Notes: generated by a model from the letters alone, not told the origin. DNA of 64,000 nucleotides from Fibrobacteria bacterium (GCA_043732185.1 JAYTHY010000036.1:34212-98211); one strand, 5' to 3'; numbered from the stretch's first letter, positions 49,096-59,424 are shown. A program made the numbers and translations.

Positions 49096-52000
49096 TTGAA
49101 CAGTAGGTCGGAACCCAAGGCAAAATATGTTCCCGGGCAGCGCCTTATCAGCGATTCGGAGCCGGAGCTGGGATTGGGCATCATCCTTGAAGTGGGATTT
49201 AGGGAAATGAAAGTCTCCTTTCGCGCCGCCAAAATCGAGCGGACCTACATGCATCGCGATGCCCCATTAAGACGCGTGCGCCTCAAAGCCGGTGATCGGG
49301 CTCGATCTCAATCCGGCAGGGTATTCGTGGTGCGGTCCGTTAAAGAGACTGCTGGACTTTTGACTTATCTGGGCGATTCGGAATCGCTACCGGAACAGGA
49401 CCTGCTGGATCAGATGTCCTTTTCCGATCCGGACAAAAGGCTGTTGGCTGGAAATATCGGCAAGCCCAAGGAATTCGCCTTGCGGTACCGGACCCATCAG
49501 TTTCGCAGCGACATGCTCGGCTCGCGCGTGCGCGGTCTTGTAGGCGCACGCATGGAGCTTCTCGATCATCAGATTTCCATCGCCCATGAAGTCGCATCGA
49601 GGTACCGGGCCAAGGTTTTACTCGCCGACGAGGTGGGTCTGGGAAAAACCATTGAAGCCGGGCTTATCTTCCATCGACTGCATGCCACCGGACAAATCAA
49701 CAGGGTATTGGTGGTCGCCCCTTCTCAGCTCGTGCACCAATGGCTGGTGGAGCTGTACCGAAGGTTCAACCATATGTTCACGGTAATGGATGAGGATTTG
49801 TGCCGTTCTGAGGAAAAGGGGGACCTGACCGTAAACCCCTTCCTCAACCGCCAGCTCATGATTTGCGCCGTGGATTTTCTCGCCGGTTCCGAAAAGAGAA
49901 TAAAACAAGCCGTGGAGGCCGGTCAAGATTTGCTCATCGTAGATGAAGCGCACCATCTTACCTGGTCGTTGCATTCCCAATCCCAGGAATACCTGGCCGT
50001 GGATCGCCTGGCCAAGGTAAGCGGCAATGTATTGCTGTTGACAGCCACACCTATCCAACTTGGGCAAACGGGCCATTTTGGTAGGCTTCGTCTGCTAGAC
50101 CCAGGTCGCTTCACTGACTTCAATGCCTACATGGCTGAAGCCGGCCAGTACCAAACCTTGGCCACTACGGTGGATCTAATCCTGGGCAGTGAAGGGCCTG
50201 TAGTGCCGGCTGCAGATACGCTCGTTGCGGAATTCCCCACCGATCAGGCATTGCAAACGAGAGTGCTGCAATATCGGCAGGGGCTACCGGGCTCCAAGCG
50301 CAGTCTCATCGAGGAACTTGTCGACCGCCACGGCACAGGTCGCATCATGTTCCGCAATCGACGATCGGCTTTGGGCGGATTTCCAAAGCGCATTGTTCAT
50401 GATGCACCATTGCCAAATGTTTCCGAGCATCGTGATTGGGCGCGTGCCGTATTGGGGCCGAATGCACAAACAGGTGCGCAATCGTTCAGCAATGAAATCG
50501 AATTGTCCCGATTCGTCAATGGACCCGCAGCTTCTACCTCCGGGGATCTCCGTGGATTTACAGGCGATGCCACCGAATTTCTCAAGCGGGCTTGGCGGAA
50601 AGATCCGCGCCTGGACTGGCTTCTCTATTTGCTCAAAATAAACGATGGTGAGAAGATTCTCATCATCTGCTCCAACAAGGCCGTAGTCTTTGCCCTTCAG
50701 GAAATCCTGCCCACCTTGACTACCGTTCCCTTTGTGGCTTTTCACGAGAACATGACCATGGCAACGCGCGACAAGAACGCGGCCTATTTTGCGCAAGTGG
50801 ACGGTGCGCGCATTCTCATCTCTTCCGAAATCGGCAGTGAAGGGCGCAATTTCCAGTTCTCACACCATTTGGTACTGTTCGATCTTCCGCTGAATCCTAG
50901 CGTGCTGGAGCAGCGCATTGGCCGGTTGGATCGCATCGGTCAATTGCACGATATCCATATCCATGTCCCGTACATACAAGGCACGGCTCATGAAGTGCTC
51001 TATCGCTGGTACGATGAAGGCATGGACGCCTTCCGCCAACCCGTACTCGGCTCGGATTATTTTTATGAGGAGCAGTTGGGTGAACTGCTGAAAGTATGTC
51101 GCATGGCCGCGACGGCGGAATCGCATCCTGATTCAGATGATGCAGGTGGGTTGGACGATGCCATCGCCAACCTTGTCGCGAACACGCGGATACTGGCCAA
51201 GCGTGTGCGCGAGACTTTGGAATTGGGACGCGATCGCCTGCTTGAGATCAATTCCAACCGTCCCGAATTGGCTCGGTCGCTGATAGCCGAGATTCGCGCA
51301 GAGGATGAGGATGGGGATTTGGAAGACTATCTAGAGAGTGTTTTTGATCATTTCGGAGTAGACACCCAGAATACCGAAGCCAAGCGCGGTTACTTCCTGT
51401 TTCCAGGTGATCATTTGGAAGTCGATTTCTTTCCGGGACTGCCCTCAACCGGTTTAGCCGTCACCTATGATCGAAAGGAAGCTTTGGCCAGGGAAGATCT
51501 GGCATTTCTATCCATCGACCATCCCATGGTGCGTGGTGTGGTGGACTTGATTCTGGGCGGCATGGAAGGGACGGTTGGTTTTGTAGAGTGGCAAGATGCA
51601 CCGACCACTGGAAATGGTTCTTCCCGCGGATTCGCTATGGATGCCGTGTTTGTGCTGGAAGCCACTGCTCCCGGTTATCTCCACCTCGACAGATTTTTGG
51701 CTCCCTGTCCCATCCGGGTTATGGTTGAACAAAGTGGTGAAGACTTGACGCATTTCTTGCCACGGATGGACGCCTCCGATTTGGAACAAGCGCCTACTGG
51801 CCTTCTAGAGGATCATCACGATCAATTCGATTTGTTGGTTCCAAAAATGATGGAGGCGGCCATGAAAGCGGCTGCTTTTCGACAGGCATCCTTAAAGACG
51901 GAGGCGCATAAGGAAGCAGAAAAACGGCTGGGCGCGGAGCGCGATCGTCTCACGGCCCTGATGACTATCAACCCGTCCGTGACGCAGTCAGAAGTGGACG

Positions 52001-52101
52001 ATGCGGAAAATCTACTACGGGATGTACTGGGTCATATCGCTGCTGCGGAGTTGCGGTTGGATGCGGTACGCTTGGTCATACTGGGGAGAATGCGGCAGTA
52101 G
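49096..52101 (+). CDS. rapA: RNA polymerase-associated SNF2 ATPase RapA
   Basis: GQRLISDSEPELGLG N-terminus; LLADEVGLGKTIEAG, DEAHH, SEGRNFQF and EQRIGRLDRIGQ; RapA-like C-terminus. Confidence 0.95.
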   Translation: MNSRSEPKAKYVPGQRLISDSEPELGLGIILEVGFREMKVSFRAAKIERTYMHRDAPLRRVRLKAGDRARSQSGRVFVVRSVKETAGLLTYLGDSESLPEQDLLDQMSFSDPDKRLLAGNIGKPKEFALRYRTHQFRSDMLGSRVRGLVGARMELLDHQISIAHEVASRYRAKVLLADEVGLGKTIEAGLIFHRLHATGQINRVLVVAPSQLVHQWLVELYRRFNHMFTVMDEDLCRSEEKGDLTVNPFLNRQLMICAVDFLAGSEKRIKQAVEAGQDLLIVDEAHHLTWSLHSQSQEYLAVDRLAKVSGNVLLLTATPIQLGQTGHFGRLRLLDPGRFTDFNAYMAEAGQYQTLATTVDLILGSEGPVVPAADTLVAEFPTDQALQTRVLQYRQGLPGSKRSLIEELVDRHGTGRIMFRNRRSALGGFPKRIVHDAPLPNVSEHRDWARAVLGPNAQTGAQSFSNEIELSRFVNGPAASTSGDLRGFTGDATEFLKRAWRKDPRLDWLLYLLKINDGEKILIICSNKAVVFALQEILPTLTTVPFVAFHENMTMATRDKNAAYFAQVDGARILISSEIGSEGRNFQFSHHLVLFDLPLNPSVLEQRIGRLDRIGQLHDIHIHVPYIQGTAHEVLYRWYDEGMDAFRQPVLGSDYFYEEQLGELLKVCRMAATAESHPDSDDAGGLDDAIANLVANTRILAKRVRETLELGRDRLLEINSNRPELARSLIAEIRAEDEDGDLEDYLESVFDHFGVDTQNTEAKRGYFLFPGDHLEVDFFPGLPSTGLAVTYDRKEALAREDLAFLSIDHPMVRGVVDLILGGMEGTVGFVEWQDAPTTGNGSSRGFAMDAVFVLEATAPGYLHLDRFLAPCPIRVMVEQSGEDLTHFLPRMDASDLEQAPTGLLEDHHDQFDLLVPKMMEAAMKAAAFRQASLKTEAHKEAEKRLGAERDRLTALMTINPSVTQSEVDDAENLLRDVLGHIAAAELRLDAVRLVILGRMRQ

Positions 52102-52134
52102 CGTTTCGAAATGCGGGGTGCTCCGCTGGATTAG

Positions 52135-52401
52135 CTATTCCGGTCCAACAATTCCTTTCTTGCGAAGAAATTCCAAAGTCTGATCGAGGCAATCATGTGG
52201 GATCGGGAATTCTTTGCGGAACGCCATCGTAGTGGCGACTTTCTTGTAAAGAAACAAGTATTCACGGCAAGCCAGGCAACCATTTAAATGCAAATGGAAA
52301 CGCATAGAGGTCAGTGTGGAAAGGTTTCCCTCCAGGTGGTCGTACATGTATTCGCGCACCATTTCGCAGGGATAAGTCACCCGGTACAATAATCCCTTCA
52401 T
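52135..52401 (-). CDS. Soluble zinc-finger (ZAS/zf-HC2) anti-sigma factor
   Basis: CEMVREYMYDHLEG...HLNGCLAC (HxxxCxxC); ATGA overlap with the ECF gene; no TM segment. Confidence 0.85.
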   Translation of the reverse strand: MKGLLYRVTYPCEMVREYMYDHLEGNLSTLTSMRFHLHLNGCLACREYLFLYKKVATTMAFRKEFPIPHDCLDQTLEFLRKKGIVGPE

Positions 52402-52916
52402 TTGGACTCCGGCACCGCAAGCATTTTTTCCTGAACCCAATCGACAATTTTGCGCCGGGTACCATGGATTTGAATGCGCGCTTCCTCAACGGCTATTCCC
52501 AAAATTTCTGCCGTCGCTTCCGTTGACAAGCCTTCAATATCTCCCAAGTGGTAAGCTTGCGCAGTCGGGCTCGCCAAGGATTCAATGGCCTTAACCAGTA
52601 GTTTTTCCACGCTGTTGCGCGCTGATAGGCTTTCCATATTGGATGCGCGTTCGCAAATCAAATGATGGGTTAGGGAATACATCCAAGTGGTTAGCTCAAT
52701 GGGTCCGGAAAAAGTTGGCAACCCTTTATGAATCTGCACATACACTTCTTGCACCAACAAAATGCATTCCTTGTCCGTGCTCAGTCTTCTTTGCATGAAA
52801 CCCATTAATCGATCATGTGATGCCTGGACTAGCTGGGCAAAGGCTTCTTGTCCATGGGAACCTCGGGCACGGAGCTTTTCTAAAAACTCGGTGTTATTTA
52901 AATCCGAAAAGTCCAT
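52398..52916 (-). CDS. ECF sigma factor-like protein (divergent)
   Basis: Region 2-like AFAQLV...VQEVY...F...LTTWMYSL; region 4-like DIEGLSTEATAEILGI. Confidence 0.75.
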   Translation of the reverse strand: MDFSDLNNTEFLEKLRARGSHGQEAFAQLVQASHDRLMGFMQRRLSTDKECILLVQEVYVQIHKGLPTFSGPIELTTWMYSLTHHLICERASNMESLSARNSVEKLLVKAIESLASPTAQAYHLGDIEGLSTEATAEILGIAVEEARIQIHGTRRKIVDWVQEKMLAVPESK

Positions 52917-52949
52917 TTTATTTTTCCTATCCTGCACAAGTATCCGCAC

Positions 52950-55013
52950 TTAATCCTGGTTGATTATCGCGGTAACAGGGCCCCCTGATAGCATTTCCAC
53001 CGCCGCGTCCAGTTGGGCGCGACTGCCCAGTAGTAGCAGTCGATCCTTGGGAAGCAAAATCTCATCTGCCTCAGGATTGATGATTTGACATCCTTCCCGG
53101 TCCACTCCGACAATAAAGGCACCGGTTCGAGTTTTAAGCTCCAGCTCGCGGGGGGATCGTCCCGCCCCAGGCATTTTTTCAGTTAACAGCAAGGTTTCTA
53201 AACAAGCATCGCGTAACAATTGAGTTACCCTAACGGAATCTACTTTGGACTCGTCTGAACGTGCTTCTATGGGCTTGCTGAATGTGCCGACCAGCGCAGC
53301 CTTTCCCTGGAAATAGATTTTATTAAAGGAGCCTCTGAGCCAATAGAGAAGCAGGCCGGCTACAATTAGCAATGCGACCTGGGCTTGGGCCGGCGGCAGT
53401 AAGACATAACTAAGTGCAAAGGTAAGGGCGGACAGTGCAAGCAACCCGCCGACTAGTATAGCATTGGCTACTACGGCCCGAATCTCGGTTTTGCGATCCC
53501 CACCCATGGCTTCCGTGATTCCCAATTCGGCTAGAATCATCCCCAGGGCTTTGAGTTTGCGGTAGGCGGCGATATATACAGGCATGGCCGCTAACATGGC
53601 CGTTAACCATAGACAAGAATTGATGATAGGTTGATAGGGCAATGAATTGGGGAAAAATCCGATTATGATTCGGGAAATAAAAACCGCTGTTAGGATGGAA
53701 CCGGCGATAAGGCCGGAGAATATGGTCAGCTGTCCGGCGATGCGACGTAATATTTTTCGAACTTGACTGTCCTGGCGGCCGCGCGTGAATTGATCCAGCC
53801 AGCTATGATACAAGTTGATATAGGCGAGCAATGTGGGAGGTAGCGTCCGCTCGAACCAGGAAGTTACAGGAAGTGATGCCCGGATGAGGTAAGGCGTGGT
53901 TATGGTGGTCAGGGCGGAGACGCTGACGGCAATGGGGTAAAGAAATCCACTGGTTACTTTGAGGGTCAAACCCAAGGCTGCGATAATGAAGGAGAACTCA
54001 CCGATTTGGGCCATGCTCATGCCTATGCGCGCTGAGGTGCGCAAATCTTGGCCTGAAAGGAATGCACCAAACATATAGCTGTAAACCTGCCCTATGATTA
54101 CCGCAAGCGTGATGACCGTGATTGGAACTGCATATTGCACCAACATATGGGGGTTGATTAAAAGACCCACGGAAACAAAAAAAACCGCACTGAACATGTC
54201 GCGAACCGGCGACATCAAGTCGGCTATTTTACCGATCTCTCTGGCTTCCGCAAGTATGGCGCCGATTAAAAACGCGCCCAAGGCCAAACTGAATCCGAAC
54301 CAAACAGTCAAAAAGGTAAAACCGAAACACAAGCCAAGCACTGTGATCAAAAGCATTTCCGAGCTTCTGAATTTTGCAACGAAGGCAATTATGCGCGGGA
54401 CGGCAATAAAACCGAGTACCATAGAGACCACGAGGAAAACAGCCAACCTTCCGAGCGTCAGAATGGCGTCCCAGGATTGCAAAGTGCCTGTCTTGGCAAT
54501 GCCGGAAAGCAAGGCAATGAGGATGATGCCGAGCATATCTTCTACGATGAGAATGCTGAAAACCAACCCCGCAAATTTATCCTTGCGCAAACCAAGCTCT
54601 TCCAAGGCTTTCATGATAATAGTGGTGGAAGAAATGGAAATGATGGCTCCGAGGAATAGGCTGTCCATGGATGTCCACCCAAAAGCGCGCCCAATTAAAT
54701 AACCCACGCCTATCATGACTGCTATTTCTATGGAAGCGGTCAATAAAGCCGTCGCTCCCACATGGCGCAATTTCCGTAAGCTGAATTCCAAGCCTAAGCT
54801 GAACATGAGAAAGACTACGCCTAGCTCAGAGAGAGTTTGAATTCCATGCTCATCTTGAATGAGTGGGAAAGGCAGGGTATGCGGACCGATTAAAAGTCCG
54901 GCCAGAATATACCCAAGCACTACCGGTTGCTTGAATTTATGGCATAGGATGGTCACCAGCCCCGCCACAATCATGACAATGGCCAAATCCTGCAAAAAGG
55001 AAAACTGGTGCAT
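52950..55013 (-). CDS. CPA2 cation:proton antiporter with C-terminal RCK-C domain
   Basis: QPVVLGYILAG, SELGVVFLMFSLGLEFS, SSTTII and QIGEFSFII motifs; TrkA-C tail INPEADEILLPKD. Confidence 0.92.
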   Translation of the reverse strand: MHQFSFLQDLAIVMIVAGLVTILCHKFKQPVVLGYILAGLLIGPHTLPFPLIQDEHGIQTLSELGVVFLMFSLGLEFSLRKLRHVGATALLTASIEIAVMIGVGYLIGRAFGWTSMDSLFLGAIISISSTTIIMKALEELGLRKDKFAGLVFSILIVEDMLGIILIALLSGIAKTGTLQSWDAILTLGRLAVFLVVSMVLGFIAVPRIIAFVAKFRSSEMLLITVLGLCFGFTFLTVWFGFSLALGAFLIGAILAEAREIGKIADLMSPVRDMFSAVFFVSVGLLINPHMLVQYAVPITVITLAVIIGQVYSYMFGAFLSGQDLRTSARIGMSMAQIGEFSFIIAALGLTLKVTSGFLYPIAVSVSALTTITTPYLIRASLPVTSWFERTLPPTLLAYINLYHSWLDQFTRGRQDSQVRKILRRIAGQLTIFSGLIAGSILTAVFISRIIIGFFPNSLPYQPIINSCLWLTAMLAAMPVYIAAYRKLKALGMILAELGITEAMGGDRKTEIRAVVANAILVGGLLALSALTFALSYVLLPPAQAQVALLIVAGLLLYWLRGSFNKIYFQGKAALVGTFSKPIEARSDESKVDSVRVTQLLRDACLETLLLTEKMPGAGRSPRELELKTRTGAFIVGVDREGCQIINPEADEILLPKDRLLLLGSRAQLDAAVEMLSGGPVTAIINQD

Positions 55014-55382
55014 GGCTCTTCAATTCGCCAAAAGTGAGGGGTTTGTCTTTGAATTCAACCTAATTATCCATATTATAGCTGCCAACCGGGGGTAATATGA
55101 GGACCGACGCGCACGGAAAACCTTTTACGTACTAAAAGGTAACTTTGAAAAATTGAGGTTTAAGGGAGCCTTGTTCAAGAAGATGACAGGGGATGACAGA
55201 TTTTATAACCCTATGACGCATGTATTTTGTATTTTGCTCCAGAATAAACCACTGTCAGCTTTAGCTGGCGCACGTTCCCGATAGCGAAGTTCCGGAACTC
55301 TCCATCCACCCTGCATCAGGTTTGGGCGGCGATAAGAACTTTGCTGGCGAACGTGATAATCTGGGAAAGGAAGTAACGGTCC

Positions 55383-56195
55383 ATGGCATATCCGACAACC
55401 GATGTCTCTCTTAAGCGGTATATGGAAGACATTCGTAAAACGAGCCCCATCTCTCGCATGGAAGAGCAAAAATTATTCGAGCGCTTTCGCAAAGGCGATC
55501 ATGCCGCAAGAGAGCGACTGATCAAGGCGAATATGCGTTTTGTGCTCAAAGTTGCGTTGCAGTATCGAGGCTGCCCAATCCCATTGCCTGACCTCGTCAA
55601 TGAAGGCTGCATGGGACTCATTCGCGCAGTGGAGAGTTTCGACTCCACTCGCGGCATTAAGTTCATTTCCTACGCAGTGTGGTGGATGAAGGCCTACATC
55701 ACCAAATCCATCAATGAAACTGGGTCGTTGATCCGCCTTCCTGCCAACCAATGTTTGCGAGTCCGTAAGGCCCTTAAAGAGCAGGGGCATGGACAAGACC
55801 TCGATGAAACCGTTCGTGGGCTTTTGCAAACTGCTGGCAAGGGTATGTCCTTTGACGCCCCTGTGGGTGCAGACTCCAAGACGACTTTCCAGGAAATTCT
55901 TCGCGACGATCACGCCGCGAATCCTGAAAACGAATTCGAAAAAGGAGCGACCGGGGAGCTCGTCCGGGAAATCCTTTCAGAACTTCCGGAACGGGAAGCC
56001 CAAGTCATCACCGGATTATTTGGTATGGACCAGAATTCACCCCAGACTTTGCGCGAAGTAGGCTTGGGTTTGAATATTTCCCATGAACGCGTCCGTCAAT
56101 TGCGTGACCAGGCACTTCGACGCATGCGCAGCAGTGGTACGTTTGACAAATTGCAGCGTAAATACCGCGGATATTTGCAGGCGATGGAAGTCTAG
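55383..56195 (+). CDS. Short sigma70-family factor (regions 1.2, 2, 4; Bacteroidota-SigA/RpoH-like)
   Basis: ANMRFVLKVA, DLVNEG, KFISYAVWW and TLREVG...ISHERVRQL motifs; 270 aa, no region 1.1. Confidence 0.92.
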   Translation: MAYPTTDVSLKRYMEDIRKTSPISRMEEQKLFERFRKGDHAARERLIKANMRFVLKVALQYRGCPIPLPDLVNEGCMGLIRAVESFDSTRGIKFISYAVWWMKAYITKSINETGSLIRLPANQCLRVRKALKEQGHGQDLDETVRGLLQTAGKGMSFDAPVGADSKTTFQEILRDDHAANPENEFEKGATGELVREILSELPEREAQVITGLFGMDQNSPQTLREVGLGLNISHERVRQLRDQALRRMRSSGTFDKLQRKYRGYLQAMEV

Positions 56196-56203
56196 GTTTT
56201 GTA

Positions 56204-56231
56204 CGCCTGGATAACTTTGGTTATCCAGGCG
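56204..56231. terminator. 12-bp perfect hairpin between convergent genes
   Basis: CGCCTGGATAAC-TTTG-GTTATCCAGGCG. Confidence 0.65.
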
Positions 56232-56233
56232 GC

Positions 56234-57310
56234 CTAACTTTTGTTGCGCAAGATTTCACGCTCGAATACCTGGGCATAAATCTTCCAGATACTCAAAAAT
56301 AAGGCTCCGAGTATGGGCCCGATAATCACTCCAATGAATCCAAATGCGAAAATCCCACCCAGGGTGCTCATAAGCACGAGCAAATTGTGCATTTTCACAT
56401 CTTGACCAATCAGCACAGGCAAGAGCAGGCTGTGAATGGCATGAAGAATAATGCCGCAGACTCCAATCACTGCCATTGCACCAATCCATTTCCCATGCAG
56501 CATCAGGAAAATAGCGGTTGGAATCCAAACGGGTCCACCGCCTATTACTGGAATGAAAGTTCCTATGAAAATAAGGCTGCCCAAAAATACCGGAGAGCCC
56601 ATTCCCACTGCCCAGAAAACCAAACCCGCCAATGTGCCGTTAATCGTCCCGATAACGACACTGGCTTTTAAAGTGCCTTTGGTAACGGAAAGGAAATTGG
56701 CTATCAGGATCTCGTCATACTCATCCTTGAGCGGAGACCATTTCACCAGTTTTTGCAAGAGTTCCGTACCGCCGATATAGAAATAGAACATCGCGAATAA
56801 AGTGACGAATACGCCCAAGATTTTTTCCAACAGAGACAGGGATAAAGATGTAGCGTACTTCAAAAAATGCTGTAGGCCTGTTTGAAAATAGAGTACGGCT
56901 TTCTTAACAACATCGCCCGTATCTAGATTGCCTAATAGCGATGGAAAACGAATCTTTAAGTTTTCTAATAATTCCAGAGTACTGGCTTGCAAGCTTTGTA
57001 AATCCAAGTTGGAAAGGAATTCGGAAGCTTGATGATAGGCGATGGTACCAAGCACGGCTAGCGGAAAAACTGTGATTAAAACCAAGGTTATCAAGGTAAG
57101 AATGGCGGCAGCAGCAGGCCTGTTCCCAATTATTTTTAAGTAGCGGAGATAGAGCGGATAGGTAAGGCCAGAAAAAATAGCCGCCAACAGCACTGGCATC
57201 AGCATCAAACGAGTGACCCATAGAAAGGAAGCGCTGATTACGAATAGAAAAAGCAGAAGGGCATTCCGTTGAAATGCTTGTGAATCCCCATCATTTGGAT
57301 TTGAAGTCAT
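56234..57310 (-). CDS. AI-2E (PerM) family transporter
   Basis: Multi-TM protein; IPVIGGGPVWIP and LGGIFAFGFIGVIIGP motifs. Confidence 0.9.
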   Translation of the reverse strand: MTSNPNDGDSQAFQRNALLLFLFVISASFLWVTRLMLMPVLLAAIFSGLTYPLYLRYLKIIGNRPAAAAILTLITLVLITVFPLAVLGTIAYHQASEFLSNLDLQSLQASTLELLENLKIRFPSLLGNLDTGDVVKKAVLYFQTGLQHFLKYATSLSLSLLEKILGVFVTLFAMFYFYIGGTELLQKLVKWSPLKDEYDEILIANFLSVTKGTLKASVVIGTINGTLAGLVFWAVGMGSPVFLGSLIFIGTFIPVIGGGPVWIPTAIFLMLHGKWIGAMAVIGVCGIILHAIHSLLLPVLIGQDVKMHNLLVLMSTLGGIFAFGFIGVIIGPILGALFLSIWKIYAQVFEREILRNKS

Positions 57311-57381
57311 AGACTTTTTCGTATGCTGGCCTTATGGTTTAAGGTAGGAAATATAGTGCTCAGTCCCGAGCCAATTCCTTT

Positions 57382-58677
57382 TCACAAGCCCATGCCCATA
57401 CCGATTCTCCATGAAAGTCCACTTTCAAGATTAGCACCCGGTAAAAAACCTGAGGATTTATAATCGATGCCCCCAGCCAGGCGAATTGGAATCGGAAAGT
57501 CCAGGGTGGGTGAGAAAAGGTTAACGGAACCACCGCCGCCGTACAGTGAACGACGGATATTCTGATCAAGGACGTCCAATCGCAAACGGGGCTGTTTCCA
57601 GAAATGCCCACCTAAATCCAGATCGTAACCAAGCCAAGACAATGCATTCAGGCCTTCCACATCCATTCCCCAGGATTTGCGAAAGACATCCTTGCCGATA
57701 CGGACTCGCCAAGTGAGAACACGCTTGTCCCAGGCTAGCAAGTTGTCGATCTGATACTCCGGACCCCAAGGTGTTAACCCGTAGCCACATAGAGGCAGGT
57801 AGTGTACCGGTCCCAGTGGAATGGATGGAAAATTGAATGCGGATTGACCGGACCAGATATGGGTTTTAATCACTGTCCAATAGGCGAACCATAGAAAAGG
57901 GTCTAAAAAAGTAATACGGCTTTCCCTCGCAAGCTGGGAAAGATGAAGTCGAAAACTTTGGATTTGGTTTCGGTCTTCCTTTCCATTCAGTACTTTTATG
58001 TAGTTGAGCATGTCGTTGGAGACGTTTGGGTCGGACTCTATTTTCTTCTCATCGGTTTGACTGAGGTAATTGCTCAGATCACCAGCGGCAACGGTATAAA
58101 GCAAGGCACCATGGTAATCCATATTCCCGGCCTGGAACCAATAACCACGCATCTTACTCGCCATGACGGCAGATGCTTCCACACCGCCAATGGTAACGGC
58201 TAATTCCTGATCATCGGTGGGCCCTTGTCTTGGATAGGAAAACTTGGTTATGCCGATACCCTCTCCATAAGGAGCTGGGGGACTAAAGGAGTATTCTGGA
58301 TCTCCGAAGCCAAATTCACGAACACGATATCCATGTCCGAAAATTTCATGCTGGGGAATTGCAGTGAAAAAGGCCAGCAAATTATAATCGATAAAGCCAA
58401 ATTTGAGAATACGGTAAGCGACAGCACCAGACTTACCTAGCCAGTCCGCTTCATTCCAAGGACTCGGCAACAGAAAATTATCCTCAAGCCTACCCACTGC
58501 ATAGTGTGCGGTAAGCAGAATGTCGCCACCGGTATTCGGGTTCAAATTGTCGCTGTACCAGTATAACAGTCTTGGGGGCTGCCAGACTTCTTGACACATT
58601 CCGGGTACAGGCAAGCTGGCCCAAATGGAAACGAGAATTCCGGTTAACAGGTTTACTGGTAAGGAAACATTGCGCAT
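57382..58677 (-). CDS. Hypothetical exported protein with HExxxH motif and beta-barrel-like C-terminus
   Basis: Signal peptide; QHEIFGHGYR and GGVEA; C-terminal amphipathic strands. Confidence 0.55.
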   Translation of the reverse strand: MRNVSLPVNLLTGILVSIWASLPVPGMCQEVWQPPRLLYWYSDNLNPNTGGDILLTAHYAVGRLEDNFLLPSPWNEADWLGKSGAVAYRILKFGFIDYNLLAFFTAIPQHEIFGHGYRVREFGFGDPEYSFSPPAPYGEGIGITKFSYPRQGPTDDQELAVTIGGVEASAVMASKMRGYWFQAGNMDYHGALLYTVAAGDLSNYLSQTDEKKIESDPNVSNDMLNYIKVLNGKEDRNQIQSFRLHLSQLARESRITFLDPFLWFAYWTVIKTHIWSGQSAFNFPSIPLGPVHYLPLCGYGLTPWGPEYQIDNLLAWDKRVLTWRVRIGKDVFRKSWGMDVEGLNALSWLGYDLDLGGHFWKQPRLRLDVLDQNIRRSLYGGGGSVNLFSPTLDFPIPIRLAGGIDYKSSGFLPGANLESGLSWRIGMGMGL

Positions 58678-59184
58678 CGCATGATTGTATCTAAAAATCA
58701 GATCCGGACACAAGGCAAGATGTCGAGAATAATAAGTCCTGATTATTTTCTATGCAGCGGAAACGTAAATCTCACTTATCCCATGCGGTGCGGAGGCAAT
58801 TTCGTGGGATGCATTTACCAGCGCCTATGGTGCTATCAGTGGTTTTCATTCGTTAATCACGGTCACCTAAAAATTCCTTGTTCACCAAAGTCAACTATGC
58901 TTATATGAAAAACTTAGTTGGTGATTTCGAACCGAGTGCTAATCCAATAAGCACAACTTTATCGAGGATCTGGTACAATACCTTAAAACCATTTGATACC
59001 CTTCTATGGGGTGTTGGGCACATGAGAATGGCAGGAAAGCAGACATTTTGGCATTAAATTGGACTTGATTTATGATTCTTCCATAAATTTTGGCTAATAA
59101 AATGAAAAAAGTACCGGCCAGCTCTTTTTTTTTAGCTGTGACTAGGTAATTTAAAGGGCCAACCATTTTAACAAAGGGATTTTT

Positions 59185-59424
59185 ATGATCAAGAAAAGTT
59201 TATCCGCATTCGTCATTGGCTTAGCCATCCTCGCTACCTCCTCTTATGCTGGTGCCGACAAGGCCTGCTTGAAAACCGCTAAGGCGGATTACAAGACTGC
59301 ATCTGATGCCTGTAAAGCGATGAAGGGTAAAGAAAAGAAAGAATGCGGTAAAACTGCCAAAGCCGATTATGTCAAGGCAAAGGAAGCTTGCAAGGCTGCT
59401 CCAGCTCCCGCTCCCGCTCAATAA
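59185..59424 (+). CDS. Small secreted Lys/Ala-rich protein with two Cys-x10-Cys repeats
   Basis: Signal peptide; repeats CLKTAKADYKTASDAC and CGKTAKADYVKAKEAC; SD AAAGGG; own terminator. Confidence 0.8.
   Translation: MIKKSLSAFVIGLAILATSSYAGADKACLKTAKADYKTASDACKAMKGKEKKECGKTAKADYVKAKEACKAAPAPAPAQ

Noticed and set aside
49096..52101. SNF2 helicase as a defence-system component (DISARM/Zorya-like)
   Set aside because: It has RapA-specific N- and C-termini, and there are no methylase or nuclease neighbours.
55014..55382. c-di-AMP or other riboswitch upstream of the K+/H+ antiporter
   Set aside because: I could not recognise any riboswitch consensus by eye. An Rfam scan would be needed to exclude one.
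59049..59063. Sigma54 promoter TGGCATTAAATTGG (also TGGCAC near 45158)
   Set aside because: The -24/-12 spacing is off or the -12 GC is missing.
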